Shown here: positions 42,739 to 55,955 of the stretch, one piece after another
How the letters are laid out: each line of letters starts with the position of its first letter
Position numbering within the stretch: position 1 is the first letter of the stretch
NCBI GenBank assembly: GCA_964016885.1
Contig: OZ024742.1
Coordinates: 172,608,001 to 172,672,000 of the forward strand
DNA length: 64,000 bases
From: Eledone cirrhosa
Lineage: Eukaryota
Reading direction: 5' to 3'
The notes under the pieces: generated by a model
Told to the model about the DNA's origin: nothing
The model's database searches: none
Seen by the model: the letters and a program-made list of their open reading frames with translations, nothing else
Made by a program: the position numbers and the translations under genes

Positions 42739-42894
42739 TATATTATCGACCGAAACGTTTAGATACTTTTCAAACTATTTCAAACGTAAATGTAATAATG
42801 TATTTCTCATTGTACGGTGTCGTTATATCTTTGTTATTACTGTTTGACATTTGCATAAATAAATAAATATATACATAAATAAATATATATATAT

Positions 42895-43787
42895 ATAAAA
42901 TATAAAGGTTTACATATACATAACGCCATAGATATATATTTTGCAACCGGTCACGTTGCAAATAACCGAAAGCGGCCTCTTCGCATTGGCCCCAATAGAG
43001 TATTTATCCAACATTTCAACACCATGGAGAAACTGACTAAATATACCGTCAACCATACCTAATTAGGTGTAAATTCAAAATTAGAAGAAATGTGTACATA
43101 CCGTAATTATATCTCTACCATGGTTTCATCCGTATTTTTAGACACCCAATTAACAGGATATGTCCAGAGTATCGGATTCATCAAGAGAAAAACTCAAAAT
43201 TAGACATTTAGTTTTCCAAAGTGATCGCGCCAAAAATAGATTCAAAAATGTCTAAGAATCGTGACGTGGCAGTGGTCAAGTTAGAAAGAATGTGAATAGT
43301 TGCTTACGTCGGGTAGGCTTGTTGCTAGAAAGCGCAGCCCAATATCGCCCAATTATATCTCAACCTAACGGGAGATTATTAAATATAAAGGTTTACATAT
43401 ACATAAAGTCATAGATAAATATGTTGCAACCGGTCACGTTGTGGCTCAATGAAGAATTAATAAATTAACTACTCAGTGCAATATATGAAACCATGGCAGC
43501 GATATAATTACGGTATGTACATATTTCTTCTAAGTTTGAATTTACACCCAATTGGGTATGGTTGACGGTATATTTAGTCAGTTTCTACATGCTGTTGAAA
43601 TGTTGGATAAATACTCTATTGGGGCCACCGCGAAGAGGCCGCTTTCGGTTATTTGTCGGAAATTTCTTCATAGGAGCCTTTATTCTTGTAACTTGGTCTA
43701 ATTGATTTTTTTATATGGTTAATTATGCTAATTGGGAGAGGAAATGGTATATATTTTATCTAATAATTCTAAGGACATGATTTATGA
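42895..43787. mobile_element. rearranged family G fold-back
   Basis: 42960-43125 inverted relative to 43488-43655; ~60 bp direct repeat at 42897 and 43381. Confidence 0.75.
43112..43188 (-). ncRNA. family G HHR (C3 mutated to T)
   Basis: TCTC-TTGATGA-ATCCG...CGGAT-GAAA-CCATGG-TA-GAGA. Confidence 0.65.
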
Positions 43788-44055
43788 TATATATATATTG
43801 TTCCTAATTGATTTTTATTGAGTTATTACACACCATATGACATAAGATGTAAGATATATTTCAAATATAATCCCATGTAATTGAAGTTTCCAATCATCAG
43901 TTAAAATATTTAATTAAAAATAATTCACCGTTTATATGTTCATACAACTGAACTATTAATTCCGAAATATTAATGAGAAATAATAATATAAATTGATTAA
44001 CTCATGTTTACTATATATTATTTATAAATACGATGAATATATTGAATGGCACACA

Positions 44056-44096
<41 letters not shown>

Positions 44097-44230
44097 ATAT
44101 CTGTACACATTTGTGTATATGCATACATACAAACATACGCATATACAGACAGACACACACACATATATATATATTCAGACATACGCATTTAGATATAATT
44201 TATATACACGTATATACGTACATAATTACA

Positions 44231-44281
<51 letters not shown>

Positions 44282-44283
<2 letters not shown>

Positions 44284-45492
44284 CGTTTCTGAGTTTGTTT
44301 AGCAAGATTCATTATCTGAAATCTTGTGTTGAAACCGATATTGTTATACTTTGGGAGGGTCATGTTGCCAATAAGAAACACACCGTATGCAGTTCTCTGG
44401 CTACAATCAGAGAGATAAAATCAGAGTGTATAGAGGAGCCAGAACAAAATGGGAAAATGGTAAATAATGACATAAATGGGACCTGCCCCTTGTATAGGAC
44501 CAAATTTTGGAATAGAATAGAAAGAACTAGGAACAAGGCTAATAGAATAAACTCATGGTATGATAGCAAAAAATACCAGAGTGTAATGTTCATCGATACA
44601 ACCCATAGAGTTGAATTAGCTTACAAATTTAGAAGGGCCCTAAATAAACATAAACGCAATATTAAGATAGTAGAAAGACCAGGTACCTCCGTAAAAGACT
44701 TATTTGCAAGACATAACCTTTTCAAAGACCCTCATGTATAGATAAGAAATGTATAACCTTTAAAATAAGTCCCCATATTAACTGTAAAACTAGAAATGTA
44801 GTGTATAGCATAAGATGTACTGAAGGACAATGTAGAGACAAAAATATAGTGTACGTAGGTGAGACAGCTCGTAGTGTAGGGGAACGGATAAATGAACACT
44901 GGCGAGACCTTGAAGATAGTAAAGAATCATCTGTACTCTACCAACATGCTAAAATAGAACACAAGGGTAAATTAGAGAATATAGAAATAAAAATAGAATC
45001 TACACACAGAAAAGACGCAATGTTTAGACAAATTACAGAGGCAATAAAGATAAAAGAATTACAACCAAAATTAAATAGAAAATATGAGTGGAACAGCAAC
45101 ATCACAACTTACAATTAAGGACAAAATGAAAACACACACACACATAGAACAAACAACCAACCAGTAACATGTAAATAAACAAATAAATAAATGAACATAA
45201 ACACACACAGACACCCAGATGTGGCGCATGCGCAGACTGAGCACACAACACACACACAGAAACAAAATGGCGTAGGACAGAACAAAAGAGAGGCACAGAA
45301 ACACAGAAAGGAATCCCCAGTCACTGAAAAGGTCACAGAGTGTGTGACGAAAGAACTATGTCTATATATAAACAACTATCTGGTCGTGGAACCAACCAAC
45401 CAACCAGAAATTTATAAATTTATTATAATAAATTGAAGTGAAAGCAACTGGTGCGTGTGTTTCTTATTGGAAACATGACCCTCCCAAAGTAT

Positions 45493-45498
<6 letters not shown>
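44282..45498 (+). mobile_element. 5'-truncated PLE of family C type with short tailed inverted arm
   Basis: RMQFSGYNQRD, CPLYR, YQSVMF, VYVGETARS.GER..EH, LNRKYEWN; 44338-44383 inverted relative to ~45454-45498; tail 44282-44337. Confidence 0.9.
45319..45363 (+). ncRNA. family C HHR-like motif, core G8 mutated
   Basis: AGTCA-CTGAAAA-G-GTCACA(gagtg)TGTGAC-GAAA-GAAC-TA-TGTCT; stem II covaries with 32113. Confidence 0.55.
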
Positions 45499-45543
<45 letters not shown>

Positions 45544-46013
45544 ATAAGAAACGGAGATTCGGTGTTGCAACAAATAAATATTTATTAGACATATTACAAT
45601 CGTTTCTCTGGCGACGATCTCGAGGCTCGATTGATGCGATGATCAAACCTGACTCTTAAATCGCTAGAACCTCAGATATGTCTCGATCTTTGAAAGCAGA
45701 GTTTCAAAAAAACTTTTTATGGGAAAGTTCTGCAAGTTTTTAATTTTTCGTGTGCGTTTGGGATGGAAATGAAGTTCGTTTTTATCGAACCCAGCACATA
45801 ATTGGCTCTTTAATATGTCAGGCTCTGTAACATGACAAGCAAGAATGACTTCTTCGGGATTTAAACTCAGAGTATATCTCAACGGCGCAAATCATTCTGT
45901 CAGTTTCTCTCTAAATCTACACCGCTCCTTCTGAACTAACAAGAGGAACGTTATGTAATTATAGCACATAATTACTTATTCTATTATTCTTTTCATTTCT
46001 ATTTCCTTGTTTG

Positions 46014-46052
<39 letters not shown>

Positions 46053-46100
46053 GGCCTTTTAAAGTAGGATAACATATATGTTTTCGTCATATTCTACAAT

Positions 46101-46284
46101 ATAATTGTTTCTACTTTTGGCATAAGGCCAGCAATTATCCCAGTCCATTACTGGCGCTTTATTTTATCGAGATTGTAAGGATGAAAGGCAAAGCTAACTT
46201 TGGCGGGATTTGAACTCATATCATAACGGGCCGTAACTCTATACCACAAATCATGCGTCAGACCCTCTACCAATTCTGCCAATC
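46101..46284 (-). mobile_element. tRNA-derived SINE
   Basis: Reverse-complemented B box GGATTTGAACTC, core and tail. Confidence 0.85.
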
Positions 46285-47729
46285 GAACATAATGACCAGT
46301 AGCTATAGAGGCTCATTTCAGGGAATTACACCCTTAATCAATTTTAGAGGAAATGTTTTTTTATGATTTGTTACAAGAAGATTGCTTGGGCATGAATCAT
46401 TGCATGTACCCTTTCAAATGTTATTTGTCAGAGAAAAAGTTAATATTTATTCCTGAGTGCATTAACATAGACCTTCACTGATTTCGAAGATGACACTATA
46501 TTTTAATTAATCAACTGTACACACTACTTATGATAATGAGTAGTAAGTAGCTGAGTATTTCTCACACTCATATACCCTTAAATTAAATCACAAGGATTTT
46601 ATGTGACGCAGTGTTATATTGGTTTGGCCCTTTCAATTACCAGTAGACCCATGGGTCAACGCGATGGTATGGTAAATGCTAGTCATCTATCATACTACAC
46701 AGTGGGATCAATCACAAGATGTATATGTTTACAAAGTGAAATCTTCAACATTTCGGACATGCAATGCACAACATTCCGATTAATATAGAAACATAAACAT
46801 ATAATTCCATGCTAGATTCAACACAAATCACCTTTTTCTCCTGTTTGCATATAGTGTTTATCAATTATTACAATACACGCAAAATATTCCATCCAAATAA
46901 AATTGGTTTACATTATCACCATTAATGTTCTGTTAAATATATTTTTAGTAGGAACGATATAGTATAGAAATTTCGATAAAATGTCGATGCCGCACATATT
47001 TTGTTAAATGAAAGTTCTGTCAATGCTGATTGTATCTGCCAGTCTATACTCCAGGTAGATGAGACCCGATTTCAACGCTGTACGCACAGTAATGGATCAG
47101 CAATCGCAAAATATTATCTGCGAGTCATGAACAATTCCGCCAATCTTTCAGTACTGGAGTGGTATTTTACTTATCGAACATGAAAGATCGCAACATTTTG
47201 GAACAAATATCGAGGAATAAACTCTAATGTTCTAACGCCTTTACAATATATTTAGCAAACGGAATTAAATTAACTGAACATATGACTAATCATTTAATGA
47301 AGTCATTAGCAGTGGTTTTAGATAACATCAAGGAAACACTGGTATATGATATCATTTTTATAATAACCTTAAACTGGTAATGAAATTAATGTTAATGCTT
47401 CCCTAAAATGCTATCGCCAAATCAGTTAAGAAAATTAAGAGAGATAGCAATATACATCAGGTCAATTACTATATGTGTGACGTGTGTGTGCGTATGTGTC
47501 AGTGAGTGTGTGTGTGTGTGTATGTATGTGAGTGGGTGTGCATAGGATCATGTGTGTACGCTTGTATGTGTGTGAACATACTCAGGTGGGTTGTTTATTT
47601 AAAAATGTATAGAGAACTGGATTAATACTCAATAGTAAGCACAGTATATGATTTGTTTTCTGACGTCAACGTGGAGAGAAAATTCAAATATTTACTCTGA
47701 AAATGCCAGTTGCCATATTTGTCTGGGAC

Positions 47730-47765
<36 letters not shown>

Positions 47766-47767
<2 letters not shown>

Positions 47768-48025
47768 AAGTTATAGTTCACTTGAAGTATTGTGTAATGA
47801 GGTATAAACGTTTGTACATGTATAATAAAGCCAAAACAATGCAGCTATGGTCATAGAATAAAGAATGCAAATGCAAAAGATATTGTTGACAATTAGTCTT
47901 TTACCTTAGATATATTTAAATAAATCTAAGGTAAAAGGCTAATTGTCAACAATATCTTTTGCATTTGCATTCTTTATTCTATGTCCATACATGCATTGTT
48001 TTGGCTTTATTATACATATACACAC

Positions 48026-48030
<5 letters not shown>
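47766..48030. repeat. ~110 bp-arm palindrome with one-sided ~37 bp extension
   Basis: 47803-47912 vs 47923-48030 inverted; (TA)n on both sides. Confidence 0.9.
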
Positions 48031-48123
<93 letters not shown>

Positions 48124-48124
48124 T

Positions 48125-48158
<34 letters not shown>

Positions 48159-48193
48159 CGGGTGTTGGTGCGTATGTGTGCTTGTGTGTGAGG

Positions 48194-48252
<59 letters not shown>

Positions 48253-48256
<4 letters not shown>

Positions 48257-48705
48257 CAGAGTGTTATGTTTAGAAGTTGGTAAGGTTGCCACGAGGAACC
48301 ATCTTTGGTAGAAAGATATGATAGGAATATAGACAACGACTTTAGCTTGTTTTACATAATTTATTAACAAAGGTTAAGAAGTGAATTAAGATGGCATGCC
48401 AAGATTAATGAAATAATTCAATTAAGATTACAAGAGAAAATACGGTCGACTGGCAGAGGTGTTTGGCCAGGCCCGTAGTAATCTTTTGTCGTTACATATT
48501 GTTTGGGCTTACGGAGCAAAAGAACAAGTGGTGTTTACCTTAGCATGGTCAATCTGCGAGAGTCTGAGATTTCTCAAATCTTCGCGGGCTATTTCTCCCT
48601 CAGAACGCGTAGGGATACATTATCTTCCCCTGGCGCTGATTGGCTGAGCTGAGCCAAATCACGCACAGAGAATGTATGTGAGCCCGCGGAATGTAGGTCA
48701 CTACA
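48253..48705 (-). repeat. 3' LTR
   Basis: 22 substitutions and 2 indels relative to 50745-51200 (manual count). Confidence 0.9.
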
Positions 48706-50727
48706 TCACCTCCGAGCAGACTTTACCGAAAATCGTTAACGATGAAGCCAAGGACCCACAAGGTACAGTTTACACATCCCCTTCTAGACGAAAGTCGATA
48801 CAGATTATTGAATCCGCAAGAACAAATGCTGAAAGGGCACATCAGTGAAAAAATAATTGAGCAGAAAGATGCATGCAAGAAAAAAAATGCGGCGTTACAG
48901 GCCGTGTTGAGCCGCTGTCAAATGACTAGCTGTTTTGTAGTTTATACGTGACCACCAAAGGTCTAACAGAAAACAGATAAAGTCTGACAAGGGCGAAGTT
49001 GCTGTTCTTGCATTAAATGTTAATGGTAAGTGTTGTACCAGGAGCTGTGAACGAAGCTATTATGGTAGTTTAGCAGTGCTGGCAAGAAGATGATGGGTAG
49101 GCGAGAAAATGTTGGCCTCTCAGATGTATTACCGAATGTGCTAGGGAGCAAGGAGAAAAATGGCTGGTTGCTTTGAAAAGAAAAAAAGCAACTTGAATCT
49201 GTATTTGGGTTGCAGTTCCATGATTCGGGCGAATCCACAGAAGTGGTGGAAATGCTGACAAGTCCAGTACTATTTGTTGTTTTCCCGGTGAGTTGGGTAA
49301 GATAACAATATAGAGGTTGTTATGGACGATGAATGTGCAACGAGATGCGAAACTGTTTGAGTTCAGCTGCAATTAGCATTCTCTACTTGCGGTGCAGGTG
49401 AATTAAGCTGCAAGTGTCGATAGCATGTTTTGGTACCTCCAGAAGGTGAAAAGGGATCTCGCAGAATATTACGACGCTTGAAGATCACATACCATAGACA
49501 ACAACATGTTGGTGTGTGTATATATGCAGGCATCTAATACAGCAAAGAAAATGTGTGCGTGCGGTCACATATACAATGATAGAGAGAAATGAATTTTCAT
49601 ATAATAAAGTTTAAAAAAAAAAAATAAATGTCCAAAATAAATGCCTGAAAAAAAAAGGAAGAAAGAAAGAATTGTTTCTTTTCTTTTAACAAAAAGTTCG
49701 CTGCTTTTTTCTTTGGGAACGCTCTTACTAGGGAGCTAGTAGAGTTGTTGTTGTTAAAGCAAAGTCACAATGAATCTTCTGTAGAGTAGAAGTCGAGCGT
49801 TGAAGAACCTAGCGTCACCAATATGGCAGCCACGTCTGACGCCATAATGGTGAGAAAACTAATGTCTTAATTTCTCGAGTCCTTGTGGTAACGAGACAGA
49901 AGGTATGGTGGTTGCGTCGGTAAAGTTACAAGCCGTTCCCTGGTGTTGGTTAATAGTTAGCCATGTGGTGCTGCTGATGGCTGGTACTTGGTGGTAGCCG
50001 TTTTGAAATTTCCTCATGGCGAAAAGTTTTTGAAATACTGCTAATTTTTTTATTTTTTTCTAAAATATTCTAAAGAAAATTTGAATAATAAAAAAAATTA
50101 TTTTCATGAAAATTATTCGGCAGAAAATCCAAGATGGCCGATTGAAAAATGCGTCTGTGATGAATAAGCCGTATGTGGCACGATGCAGCCAATCAGACGG
50201 CTGGGATTGGAGAAGACAAGCTGTACGCGGGAAAACAACATTTCTGAGTCTCCATTTATAATTTCAACAGAAGTTTGAAAGCAAAATTCTATATCCAGAG
50301 AAATTCTTTTTATTTTATATTTTGTTTTTGTTTCTATCAAACTATGCTTGCAAGGCAAATTTTCCTTAGTCGGTTGTCACCGTACTCATTTTATCAACTA
50401 ATTGAAATATACCAAACCACCTCAACCGGATGGAAGATATCGCATAATTTTCAATACAAAAGAGAAATTTTTTGTTAGTCGTCGAAAAAACTCTTTTGTG
50501 TTGTATTTTTGTGTTCGTCTGTATGCGTGAGTTACTAGTGTTACCATGAAAGTTATGACATAAATATTGTGCAGACAGAGTGATTCAACAAATGGAATAT
50601 TATGAATTTTATGGACTTACGCTAAGTGAGTCTAGCTGCCCGATTCGAACATTCCAAATGTTAAGCTATTCCACATAGCCGTTAAAACGAATGGGGAATT
50701 CAAATAGGCTGCGTTTTTATACTTAAT

Positions 50728-50742
50728 CGTCGAAGGCCACCA
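50728..50742 (-). promoter_or_regulatory. primer binding site, tRNA-Trp-like
   Basis: TGGTGGCCTTCGACG vs canonical TGGTGACCCCGACG, immediately inside the 5' LTR. Confidence 0.6.
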
Positions 50743-50744
50743 AT

Positions 50745-51200
50745 TTAGCAGAGAGTTATGTTTAGAAGTTAGTAAGGTTGCCACGAGGAACAATCTTTGG
50801 TAGAAAGATATGATAGGAATATCGACAACGACTTTAGCTTGTTTTTACATAATTTATTAACAAAGGTTAAGAAGTGAATTAAGCTGACATGCCAAGAATA
50901 ATGAAATAATTCAATTAAGATTACAAGAGAACATACGGTCGACTGGCTGAGGCGTTTGGCCAGGCCCGTAGGAATGTTTTGTCGTTACATATTGTTTGTG
51001 CTTACGGAGCAAAAGAACAAGTGGTGTTTACCTTAGCATGGTCAAGCTGCGAGAGTCTGAGATTTCTCGAATCTTCGCGGGATAGTTCTCCCTCAGAATG
51101 CGTAGGGATACATTCTCTTCCACTGGCACTGATTGGCTGAGCTGAGCCAAATCACGCACAGAGAGAATTTATGTGAGCCCGCGGAATGTAGGTCACTACA
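50745..51200 (-). repeat. 5' LTR
   Basis: Direct repeat of 48253-48705; contains a CCAAT motif. Confidence 0.9.
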
Positions 51201-51240
<40 letters not shown>

Positions 51241-51246
51241 ATATAT

Positions 51247-51428
51247 AGGAAAATAGTCAAGACCCCGACGGCAGAGCTCAAGCCCTTTCGACGGGTATTT
51301 CTGGTCGTTGAAACGGATTGAGCTCTGCTGTCAGGGCCTTGACTCTTTTCCTACTACCCACTCTACTACCCGAAAGTATCTAGTACTCAGGTGCGTTATG
51401 GTCCATCTGGTTCTTTACCACAGTCTCT

Positions 51429-51432
<4 letters not shown>
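51247..51432 (+). mobile_element. family A fold-back mini-insertion
   Basis: 51247-51304 tail-less inverted arm; right arm carries tail CCCACTCTACTACCC...TTACCACA. Confidence 0.85.
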
Positions 51433-51504
<72 letters not shown>

Positions 51505-51507
<3 letters not shown>

Positions 51508-52762
51508 TCTGCGGACAGTATTTGAGGACAATGTTATGGTTTTAAAAAAACGCTTATATAATAACAAAAAAAAACTGTATTTTTATAAAAATAACATAAA
51601 CATTAAGCTAAATTAGCACTTTAATAATTTCATTCAATAAAATCACGATAACCATCAATAACTGCCTCTACATGGAGTCGAAACCGTTTACAAGCTCGGA
51701 TTAAGTGGTCACTTTTCATATCGGACATGTCTCAAATGATGGCGGCTTTCAAAGAATCTTTGGTGCTATGGGGTGTCATTGACATTTTTCTCAACAGTGC
51801 TCCATAGTAGTCCAGTGGATTGAAATCTGAAGAATTAGGAGGCCAAATGTTGAGGGTGATGTGATCGGCAAATTGTCTGCCATCTGTTCTTGTGTCATTT
51901 AAGCCTTGAGCGATGGTGCAGAATCTTGTTGAAAGACATAAGGCCTTCCATTGCATACACTGGTATACAATACTTAACGACTTTATCCAGAACCTCAATA
52001 TATGCTGCACCATTCACTCTAAGGCCTTGTCGAAAAACGTGAGATGGCATCACATGTCCTTCATGGCTAACAACCCCCAAAGCTATAAATAACACTTGCA
52101 GGGAATTGTGTGTGCATTACTCTTGGAACCTCAGAAGTGTCTGCACATAGCCACCTGTCATTTCTTCTGTTAGTTTTCTGGTCCTGGTCAAAGTTTTCTC
52201 ATCTGAGAAAAACCAAATCACACCATCTTCTGATGGATTTTTAAGTTTGTTTAAATGTCTTTTGGATCTGAGTAAACGCTTTTCTTTTCTTTTTTGTGAC
52301 ATGAAGTGACCTCTTCTCCTAATGTAAGATTGGTATCTGATGTCTTCATGCACAGCATTTCTGATTGTTTTTTCTGGCACACCAAAATATTTTGCAATTT
52401 ACCTCATTGATTTTCCTGGATTGTCACCAATGTTTTGATTAAATTCCTGAATAGATTCAAGTGTCCTGATAGAATCAGAGCGTTTGGAATGTCTTTTACC
52501 TTTTGATACAGGTAGTACACTTACCTCTTTCTCTAACTCACACCGAATCTTGTTCGACAAAAGATCTTGCAACTTTCAGAAAACGAGAAATTTCTAGACC
52601 CCCATGCTTAGCCTTCAAATCCACAATCATAACATGCCCTTTCATTTCATTAGTAAGTATAGTTATTTTCATTGTTATTTTCAGAAATGGAAATTCAATA
52701 AAAATTAGTCAAATAAAAAATGACTAAAAATACATGTGTCATGAAATACCGTCCGCAACCTG
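51505..52762 (-). mobile_element. Tc1/mariner transposon, probably DD37D (maT), degenerate transposase
   Basis: ~26 bp imperfect TIRs CAG..TGCGGAC.GTATTT, TA flanks, WFFSDEK and WPPNSSDFNPLDY motifs, frameshifts. Confidence 0.92.
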
Positions 52763-52766
52763 TATA

Positions 52767-52797
<31 letters not shown>

Positions 52798-53287
52798 GTG
52801 TGTGTGTTTATTGTATATGAGTACGCATATATATGTATATTTATACTATTAATCTTCATGTAGGGAACGAAAGCGCTATATATATATATTTATGTGAGTA
52901 CGTCCATTTATGGATATCAATATCAATAATAGTATACATAAGATTACGGCTAAGTGTACCATTGAAGTTAAGAAGTGAATATACTTACCCTCCTATAAGG
53001 AACGAAACTACGTTTAATAATCCATATAACGTTTTATAATTACGTTTTCAAGGTATGGGAAATAGGTATATTTCGTGACTCTACGTGGCTACATAATAAA
53101 CATGTATATATTTATATCGGGATTTACAGCCTCTCGTTTAAAACTATTCAGTATTTAAATTATTTGTCATATACGTCCGTAACGTAGCACATAACGTCAT
53201 ATATATCATATACATACATGTAGGTACGCAAAATATACATATATATACATATATATACATACAATATACATATATATACATATATAT

Positions 53288-53897
53288 GGTGGCTGCCAAC
53301 TCGTTTTCGAGTACGGCCAATGCTTTATATCCATGTAGGAGAACCCCTACCGATGCGCTGAACAAGTGTGACTTTTTAGTCCAGCCAGTGACTTAAAATC
53401 TCTGGTACAAACACTACACTTGTGACAATTATTGACACATAGTGCTGGGCCCATGGTACCATATGATGACAAGTGCAGAGAGATATCCAGATATAATGCA
53501 ATACCTGTGCCGTGAAGCTTTTATAGTGAGCAAAGCCACTGCACAAAGCCAGTCCCACTCTCTTAACCAAGATGATATTTACCAAAAAGAAGAACAAGTC
53601 AACATCATTGGATACCATCAGGGTTGCAGGTGTTATATCAGAGTTTTCTTTCTCCTAGAATTCTGCCTTGACAAAGGCCAAGGGGTCATCTCTCCCGGTG
53701 ATTTTGGATGGCCATTGACTCTTAAGAGCTCCTTTGCCCTTTTGACAGGTTTTTATTTTAGTCCTGCAGGATGTCCAAAGTCACCCTCCTCACCAAGAAA
53801 CATTGGAGGGGTTGCCAGTTTAGTCGCCAACGGCTCGACCAAGAGACAGGTTGTACTAGGATACATGTTACCAGTTACACCAACTGGTGACCTAACA
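53288..53897 (-). mobile_element. bipartite non-autonomous RTE-type derivative (5' UTR fused to 3' end)
   Basis: RTE-like UTR motif CTAGGAGAA.GAAAACTCTGA; terminal CSVCTRDFKSLAGLKSH zinc finger, stop at ~53347, short 3' UTR into (TA)n. Confidence 0.65.
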
Positions 53898-53938
53898 TAA
53901 TATATATATATACATATATACATACATACACACATATT

Positions 53939-53991
<53 letters not shown>

Positions 53992-54319
53992 GTAGGTGTG
54001 TACATGTGTACGATAATTCATATCGTACGCATTACATTCTCTAACTACTTGTTACCAGACATTTTTGCCCAATATAGGTCTGTTATTTTTCGTAATTTTT
54101 CTTAATTTAATATTTAAAGTTAAGGATAGCATTCTATATTGTTGTACTTAGTATTTCTTCACCCCAGCAGTCCTTACGATTCGAACACATGTATGTTTAT
54201 ATTAGTGTTCATCTCTCTTGTTTATTCAATTATATTGTACGGCTCGGAAAAGCTTTTTTCTTAGATCTATTTAATTGTAAGTTCTTAACTCAATATATAT
54301 ATATTTATATATGTATTTG

Positions 54320-54538
<219 letters not shown>

Positions 54539-55146
54539 CTGTGTGTGTGTGTGTGTGTACATGTGTACATGTGTACATGTGTGCGTATAAGTGTTTATGT
54601 ACGAGTATGTGTGCATGAGTGTGTTTGTGCGCGGAAGTGTAAGAACAAATATGTGTGAAAATTTGAGGCATAATTATGAAGAAATACGAAAAAGTTATTA
54701 TCAGCCTTAACATCAAATTTGTTGAGAATTTATTGTTATTATTGTTCATGGTAGTAAAATATCCACAGAAAATGGCTTATTATATAGCTTTGAGGCAAAT
54801 GTTTTTTTATACAACATCATATTAAATGTTAAACATATTTCTGCCAACAAAAACACACTTCTATTGACATGATTGAATATAATTCTTCTTCTTTTCAATA
54901 CTCTTCACCATAATTTTACATATTATATAGATATATCTGCGGTGTAAACTTTTTTTTCATTTTTCTTCCTTATGTCTAACAATATTGTGTTTCCTTCCTT
55001 CTTCGTATATTTAAATAAGTGTAACTATTACTATTATAGATGTATTCAAATGTTTGCAGACATGTAGATATTTACCTATAAATATATATATAAACACACA
55101 CACAAATATTTATATAAATATGTATATATATATATGAATATATACA

Positions 55147-55189
<43 letters not shown>

Positions 55190-55384
55190 ACTATTATGTA
55201 TACACACACACATATATTTATATAAATATGTATATATATGAATATATACATACACATATGAATATGTGTGTATTTGAATATATAATATAATATGCATATA
55301 TATGAATACACTCACACATACACACACATATATATATATGTGTGTGTGTGAGCGTGTGTGTGTAAATGAAGTAATTCCGTCGGA

Positions 55385-55443
<59 letters not shown>

Positions 55444-55639
55444 TATCATATAACTATTATGTATACACACACACATATATATATATATATATGGAATCAA
55501 GGGACAATGGTATTTATGAACCTCTATCTGTCTCCAAATATATATATCTAAATATACACACCGGAGTCTGTTGATTGATGATGATCAAACATTGATTACT
55601 TAGAATTATATATATATATATATAAATACATAAATACAT

Positions 55640-55955
55640 AATCGGAGAGTGCTAAAATGAATACTCCGGCCAAATACCAACTCACTCAACAAACATTAGG
55701 AAATACCTGAGTATGTTCCCAATTAAACGTTTGGGTGCTAACTATATTCTATTGTGTGTATAATTGGCTGTATTATTTCATATGAGGTATATCAAATATA
55801 TCATTTCCCAGACGACTCGTTTCATTATAAGATTTCTACAAGTTGCATGAAATTATACCAAGTTATGTAGAAGCTTGTATAAGATCAACAGATACTTATT
55901 CAAGTGAGCCCTTATAAATCATCAGTGGGTACGCAATAATATTAATATTGATATC
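55640..55955 (-). repeat. diverged dispersed relative of the 742 bp array unit
   Basis: Shares CTCACTCAACAAACATTAGG, GGGTGCTAACTATAT, TTATGTAGAAGC and CTTATAAATCATCAGTGG in order; ends at the equivalent TA-like site. Confidence 0.8.
55807..55929 (-). ncRNA. type I HHR, intact core, ~80 nt stem II insertion
   Basis: CCCA-CTGATGA-tTTATAAG...CTTATAAt-GAAA-CGAGTCG-TC-TGGG. Confidence 0.75.

Larger units (their letters stand above)
48253..51200 (-). mobile_element. internally deleted/degenerate Ty3/gypsy LTR retrotransposon, tentatively CsRN1-like
   Basis: ~450 bp direct repeats, minus-strand TGTAGTG start, degenerate tRNA-Trp PBS, purine-rich GGAGGTGA before the 3' LTR; no pol motifs seen. Confidence 0.85.

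Noticed and set aside
43848-43905. Minus-strand CTGATGA...GAAATATATC HHR-like match (another near 23078-23125)
   Set aside because: Stem II poor or GAAA incomplete; compatible with chance in AT-rich DNA
45560-45900. Possible gypsy gag remnant (EPRDRRQR resembling ELGDRKPS)
   Set aside because: Similarity too faint to support without a search
53775-53897. Canonical HDV-like or twister ribozyme
   Set aside because: P1-like pairing exists, but the L3/P1.1/P2 elements and the twister UAA and UCCC elements are not correctly placed
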